A DNA stretch of 60,453 bases from a bacterium (GTDB taxonomy: Bacteria > Verrucomicrobiota > Kiritimatiellia > RFP12 > UBA1067), in the NCBI GenBank assembly GCA_025360845.1, contig JANYBJ010000148.1, positions 1 to 60,453 on the forward strand. Direction: 5' to 3'. The notes under the pieces are model-generated. The model made no database searches, was not told the DNA's origin, and worked only from the letters and a program-made list of their open reading frames with translations. Numbering within the stretch: position 1 is the first letter of the stretch; every line of letters starts with the position of its first letter. Position numbers and translations under genes: made by a program. Positions 56,054-60,453 of this stretch are shown piece after piece.

Positions 56054-56668
56054 ATGAGAAAGGGAAGGACTTCCGCATGTTTGGCTGCGATTCTGATGGC
56101 GGCAGGTGCCAGGGCTCAAGTCGAAACGGCCCCGGCGGCTACGACTGCGGAGCAGACGCCTGTCGGGGTTGTGTCGTTTCAGGCAAGCTTGACCCCGAAT
56201 GCCGCGATCTATGACCGGAACACCAGCGTCGAAGGAATGACGCTTAGCCTGTGGGGTGAAAACCCGCAGAGGTCGTTGGCGATCGGCATCGTCAACGGGT
56301 CTACAGGTGAGAGCGGGGGTCTGAGCCTGGGGTTCGTCAACTATGCAGAGAGCTTTCAAGGTGCTCAGTGGGCCTTTGTCAATTGCACGGACCAGGATTT
56401 TACCGGGTGGCAAGGAGGCCCTGGCCTGGGGTTGCTCATTAATTTTCTGAACTATACCGGCGGGCGCATGAAGGGCTTGCAGACCGGCATCGTCAACATG
56501 GCGGGAACGGTGTCGGGGTTGCAGGCGGGAATTTTCAACTACGCGCAAATGGCCGACTCCGGGGTTCAGGTCGGCATCGTGAACATCATTGCGCAGAACA
56601 GCGGGTGGTTCACCCAGTGGCCTGACGAGGTCGCACCCGGAATGGTGCTGCTGAACTGGCATTTCTAG
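56054..56668 (+). CDS. Secreted LA_2272-type repeat protein
   Basis: Signal peptide; GAQWAFVN, GLQTGIVN, GLQAGIFN, GVQVGIVN; C-terminal NWHF. Confidence 0.85.
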   Translation: MRKGRTSACLAAILMAAGARAQVETAPAATTAEQTPVGVVSFQASLTPNAAIYDRNTSVEGMTLSLWGENPQRSLAIGIVNGSTGESGGLSLGFVNYAESFQGAQWAFVNCTDQDFTGWQGGPGLGLLINFLNYTGGRMKGLQTGIVNMAGTVSGLQAGIFNYAQMADSGVQVGIVNIIAQNSGWFTQWPDEVAPGMVLLNWHF

Positions 56669-56691
56669 AGGTTCGAACGGGAGAGAGACGT

Positions 56692-57069
56692 ATGCTGACG
56701 ATGATCAAGACTGAGGCTGCGCCCGCGGCGATCGGCCCTTACGCGCAGGCGATCGAGGCCAGCGGCATGATTTATTGTTCTGGGCAGATCCCCATCAACC
56801 CCAAGTCGGGAAACATCGAGGTGGTGGGCGCCGCGGAACAGACCCTGCAGGTGCTGCTGAACCTGCGCGCGGTGCTGGAGGCTGCGGGATCGGGTCTGCA
56901 CAAGGTCGTCAAGACGACGGTCTTCCTGACCGACATCGGCGATTTCCCGGGCGTCAACAAGGTCTATGCCGAGATGTTCGGCACGCACACGCCCGCCCGT
57001 TCGACCGTGCAGGTCGCCCGCCTGCCCAAAAGCGCGAAGGTCGAGATCGAGGCCATCGCGCTCAAATGA
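56692..57069 (+). CDS. ridA: RidA family reactive intermediate deaminase
   Basis: APAAIGPYAQA, CSGQIP, VVKTTVFL, PARSTVQV..LPK...VEIEAIA. Confidence 0.95.
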   Translation: MLTMIKTEAAPAAIGPYAQAIEASGMIYCSGQIPINPKSGNIEVVGAAEQTLQVLLNLRAVLEAAGSGLHKVVKTTVFLTDIGDFPGVNKVYAEMFGTHTPARSTVQVARLPKSAKVEIEAIALK

Positions 57070-57631
57070 GACCGTGCGCGGCGAGCCAGTCGCGCACCGG
57101 GGCTTCGGGCAGTCCCATGATGTTGGTGTAGGACCCGCTATAGCCGGCGATCAGCAGGTCGCCGTTCTCGTCGATGTCATAGGCGCCCGCCCGGTCGAGC
57201 GGGCGCGTCTTGTGCAGGTAGGCCTTGATCGTTTCTTCCGACAGAATCTTAAAGCGTACGGAAGAGGCCTCCACGCGGACTTCGGGCTCCTGGTGCGGCA
57301 GCCCGAGTGCGATACCGGTGTAGACGACCTGTGTGCGCCCCGAGAACGCGCGGAGGAACTGCGCGGCCTCGTCGAGGTCCGCGGGCTTGCCGATGAGCCG
57401 GCCCTCGAACCACACCAGCGTGTCGGCGGTGATGAGCGCGGCTTCGGGGTGGCGCCTGCGGCAGGCGCGGTATTTCTCCAGCGCGTTGGTGACCACCGTA
57501 TGGACCGGATCGGCCGCGTCGTGGATCTCGTCGGTGTCGGCCGTGGCCACGGTGAACGTGCAGCCCAGCGCCTGCAGGATCTTCTTGCGGCGGGGCGAAA
57601 CGGAACCGAGGATGAGGGGTGGGGTTTGCAT
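57062..57631 (-). CDS. maf: Maf family nucleoside triphosphate pyrophosphatase
   Basis: LILGSVSPRRK, TADT.V....IGKP, DRAGAY, GSYTNIMGLP. Confidence 0.92.
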   Translation of the reverse strand: MQTPPLILGSVSPRRKKILQALGCTFTVATADTDEIHDAADPVHTVVTNALEKYRACRRRHPEAALITADTLVWFEGRLIGKPADLDEAAQFLRAFSGRTQVVYTGIALGLPHQEPEVRVEASSVRFKILSEETIKAYLHKTRPLDRAGAYDIDENGDLLIAGYSGSYTNIMGLPEAPVRDWLAAHGLI

Positions 57632-57649
57632 AAGGGGTGTTGTGGGGTG

Positions 57650-57705
57650 GTAGGGGCGAATCATTATTCGCCCGTACATGTGGGGGCGAACCTGTGTGTT
57701 CGCCC
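57650..57705 (+). repeat. Two tandem GTAGGGGCGAA-type REPs
   Basis: gtaggggcgaatcattattcgccc and gtgggggcgaacctgtgtgttcgccc; they overlap the 3' end of the OppF-like gene. Confidence 0.8.
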
Positions 57706-58485
57706 TCGTTCTTTTAACGCGCGGCCGACGTCCGGCACGGCGGCCAGCAGTTCGCGGGTGTAGGCGTGTTGCGGCGCGTCGAGCACGTTGGCAGACGGAC
57801 CGCTCTCCACGAACTGCCCGGCGTACATCACGGCCACGCGGTCGCAGATGTTGCGCACCACCGCGAGGTCATGCGAGATCAGGATGATCGCGAGGTCGAG
57901 TTCCTTCTGCAACGTGCGCACCAGATTCAGGATGCGGGCCTGCACCGAGACGTCCAGCGCGCTGACCGGCTCGTCCGCGATGATCAGGCGCGGTTCAAGC
58001 GCGAGGCACCGTGCGAAACTGATGCGCTGACACTGGCCCCCGCTGATCTCGCGGGGATAGGCGTCGAGGACCGTTTCGGGCAGGCCGACGCGGTCCAGCA
58101 GTTCGCGGACGCGGCCGGCGACGCGGCCGGCGGGAACCATCTGGTGTACGTGCAGCACTTCTTCGAGGGTCTGCCGCACGGTCATGCGCGGGTTGATCGA
58201 GCCCACGGCGTCCTGAAAGATCATCTGGACCACGCGGCGGTAATGGCGGAAAGCGGCGGGTTTCATGCTCCCGAGCTCTTGGCCTTCGAACCGCAGCGAG
58301 CCCGCGCTGGGCGGCTGGAGGCCGATGATGGTTTTCGCAAGCGAGGATTTGCCGCAGCCGCTTTCGCCGACGATGCCGAGCGATTCGCCCGCGCCGACGC
58401 TGAACGACACGCCGCGCACGGCCTCGACCGGTTTCTGGCCGGGCGAATAATAGGTGACGTGGAGGTTTTGGATGTTCAACAACAT
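57664..58485 (-). CDS. Oligopeptide/dipeptide ABC transporter ATP-binding protein (OppF-like)
   Basis: GESGCGKS, ISGGQCQRI, IADEPVSALDVSVQA, HAYTRELL. Confidence 0.93.
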   Translation of the reverse strand: MLLNIQNLHVTYYSPGQKPVEAVRGVSFSVGAGESLGIVGESGCGKSSLAKTIIGLQPPSAGSLRFEGQELGSMKPAAFRHYRRVVQMIFQDAVGSINPRMTVRQTLEEVLHVHQMVPAGRVAGRVRELLDRVGLPETVLDAYPREISGGQCQRISFARCLALEPRLIIADEPVSALDVSVQARILNLVRTLQKELDLAIILISHDLAVVRNICDRVAVMYAGQFVESGPSANVLDAPQHAYTRELLAAVPDVGRALKERGRTHRFAPTCTGE

Positions 58486-58498
58486 GGATTGGAGACGT

Positions 58499-59533
58499 TC
58501 ACGGTTGGGGAAGGGCGATGGAGGGCGAGCGTCCTCGCGAGCCGCAAAGGGCCGTGGGCGTTTTCTGTTGGCCGGTCTGCGGTCTTGGCCAGCAGCGGTG
58601 CATGCGTCCGTCGGCGAGGGTTTCGGGAGGTTGATCGGTGTGGCAGCGGGGCTCGTCGTCGGTGCAGCGCGGGGCGAAGGCGCAGCCCGCGGGCCATGCG
58701 TCGGGCGATGGCACGGTGCCGGGGATGTCCTGCAAAGGGGTGTTGCGCGGCGCGTCGAGCAGCGGCACGGCGGAGAGCAGGCCGCGCGTGTAGGGATGGC
58801 GCGGGCGGGCCAGCACGTCGGTGACCGCGCCGCTCTCGACGACCTGGCCGGCATACATGACGTAGACGCGCTCCATGCGGCCTGCCACGAGCCCGAGGTT
58901 GTGCGTGATGAGCAGCACGGCCATGTTGTAGGCGTCGGTGAGGTCGTCGATGAGGTTGAGCACGTGGCGCTGCGTGGTCACATCCAACGCGGTGGTGGGT
59001 TCGTCCGAGACCAGCAGCTTGGGGCGTGCGGCGAGCGCCATCGCCAACATCACGCGCTGCTGCTGTCCGCCGCTGAGTTCGCACGGATAGGCGCGGGCGG
59101 CACGCGCGGGGTCGGGCAGCCCGGTTTTCGTGAGCAGGTCGATGGCCGCCGCGAGCCGGTCGGCGCGGCGCAGGTCCGGCAGGCATTCGGCGATCTGATC
59201 GCTGACGCGCATCACGGGATTGAGGCTGGCCGTGGGGTCTTGGAAGACGTAGGCAATGCCCTGTCCTCTCACCCGGGTGAGCGCGCGGGTGCCCAAAGTG
59301 AGTGTGTCGGTTCCTTCGAAGAGCACGCGGCCGGAGACGCGGGCGCGGTCGGTCGGGGAAAGGCGCGTGAGGGCCAGCGCCGTGAGGCTTTTGCCGCAGC
59401 CGCTCTCGCCCACGACCGCCACGCGTTCACCCGCGTGGACGGTCAGCGAGACCGAGCGCACGGGGGTCGTTTCCACGCCCTCCTGCCGGAAGGTGACGGC
59501 GAGATTCACGACCTGTAGAAGCGGCACAGACAT
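58499..59533 (-). CDS. Oligopeptide/dipeptide ABC transporter ATP-binding protein (OppD-like)
   Basis: GESGCGKS, LSGGQQQR, DEPTTALDVT, HPYTRGL, GCAFAPRC. Confidence 0.93.
   Translation of the reverse strand: MSVPLLQVVNLAVTFRQEGVETTPVRSVSLTVHAGERVAVVGESGCGKSLTALALTRLSPTDRARVSGRVLFEGTDTLTLGTRALTRVRGQGIAYVFQDPTASLNPVMRVSDQIAECLPDLRRADRLAAAIDLLTKTGLPDPARAARAYPCELSGGQQQRVMLAMALAARPKLLVSDEPTTALDVTTQRHVLNLIDDLTDAYNMAVLLITHNLGLVAGRMERVYVMYAGQVVESGAVTDVLARPRHPYTRGLLSAVPLLDAPRNTPLQDIPGTVPSPDAWPAGCAFAPRCTDDEPRCHTDQPPETLADGRMHRCWPRPQTGQQKTPTALCGSRGRSPSIALPQP
58519..58545 (+). repeat. REP, TGGAGGGCGAG family, within the 3' end of the OppD-like gene
   Basis: tggagggcgagcgtcctcgcgagccgc. Confidence 0.8.
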
Positions 59534-59639
59534 AGCGGAAGACATTGTACATGGATGGGGACGGAACCGGAACAGAAAACAACTCTGAGCGTTTAAGCCG
59601 GGCGTGACGGAACACATGACACAACATCGATTCATTGCG

Positions 59640-60019
59640 AGTGCCCACGGGCGGTTTCTTATACTCGACGCCCGGCAAGCCTTTGAAATGCTCGTCGTGT
59701 GTCCAGAGCGTCGCTTGTTCAGCCCATGCTGTTGCGAGAATGATACTGTCGGCCATTGGAAGGCGATACCGAATACTGATTAGAGCGGTTGCAGAGCGAC
59801 GGCTTCCGTCACTTCAACAATTCGCCCCTGTTTCATTTGGGCAACGGCCAGAAGCGCCTTTGCCTCATCTGCGACCAGGTTGACTTTCTTGAAAACCTCG
59901 TAAAGGCAGATGGCAGGAACAAGCAGCCTTTCTGTGTCCTCAATCTGTGGCGCGAAACAACCGGCACTCTTGCCGCCGAAAAAAAACTCGATCCAGCCCG
60001 AGGTGTCGACGACGTTCAT
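59640..60019 (-). pseudogene. vapC: VapC PIN toxin with a single-base frameshift
   Basis: MNVVDTSGWIE...LYEVFK in one frame and ALISIRYRLPMADSIILATA...LWTHDEHF in another; one base missing near 59789. Confidence 0.85.
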
Positions 60020-60225
60020 ACGCGGTCCTCCCCGTCACGAACAAACCGGCTGTCGAATCCTTTAAGGAAGCCCCGCGTGCTGCTCATCTTGCGTACGGGG
60101 ACCAGCTCGATCCGGTCGTCAAAGCTAATCACCTGCAACTGTTGACCTGCGGTGATTCGGTTTCTTTCGCGAATTTCGCGAGGAATGACAACCTGAAACT
60201 TGGGCGACACCAATACCGTGCTCAT
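60016..60225 (-). CDS. AbrB/MazE/SpoVT family antitoxin
   Basis: VSPKFQVVIPREIRE...I.AGQ; AAGGAG SD; ATGA overlap with the toxin. Confidence 0.9.
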   Translation of the reverse strand: MSTVLVSPKFQVVIPREIRERNRITAGQQLQVISFDDRIELVPVRKMSSTRGFLKGFDSRFVRDGEDRV

Positions 60226-60245
60226 ATCGAGCTCCTTAAATTCTA

Positions 60246-60314
60246 TTGACAGGATGGCAGGATGAAACAGGATGAATAACGAGTTAGTCCTGAAAATCCT
60301 GTCAAACCTGTCAA
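60246..60314. repeat. Inverted CAGGAT/ATCCTG tandem-array hairpin
   Basis: ttgacaggatggcaggatgaaacaggat ... tcctgaaaatcctgtcaaacctgtcaa. Confidence 0.75.
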
Positions 60315-60404
60315 AAACCGGTTTAAGGTGACTGTCATGTGTATAGCCATTTAAGGGACACTACACTAACCACCTGTGAGGAGTTAGGGAGAATTTAGGA
60401 GTTG

Positions 60405-60435
60405 AACAGCCTAACAGCCTAAACACCTGACAGCC
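60405..60435 (+). repeat. ACAGCCTA-type 8-mer tandem arm (same family as 25546-25580)
   Basis: aacagcctaacagcctaaacacctgacagcc. Confidence 0.75.
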
Positions 60436-60453
60436 TTCTCCCTCCCTCTGGCT

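Overview
High-GC bacterial chromosomal window, most consistent with a PVC-superphylum organism such as Kiritimatiellaeota/Lentisphaerae (inferred from PA14, PQQ-propeller, NPCBM/HZS-alpha-like, GH95 and LA_2272-repeat content). Housekeeping genes (secY 3' part, CCA-adding enzyme, ThyA-like, hexokinase, S1-domain protein, RluD, RidA, Maf, OppDF) alternate with glycan-utilisation genes and many small accessory insertions: three PIN toxin-antitoxin modules, a RAYT transposase with several REP/REPIN families, an AAA-DUF4143 ATPase, a truncated DUF1016 and a decayed type ISP restriction-modification gene. There is also an Rrf2-linked envelope redox cluster and a CusCBA-type metal efflux operon behind a sigma54-type promoter. 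Two candidate undescribed systems stand out. (1) A four-helix-bundle gene is inserted inside the type ISP gene between mutually complementary 9-nt-periodic arms, and exact removal of the insert restores the host reading frame. Several apparently empty hairpins of the same design but different sequence occur elsewhere in the window. (2) A translationally coupled three-gene cassette (TIGR04255 protein, WDGY protein, ART/RES-like small protein) resembles a tripartite toxin-antitoxin-sensor defence system. No rRNA, tRNA or CRISPR array was seen. All family calls are from motif recognition by eye, not database searches.
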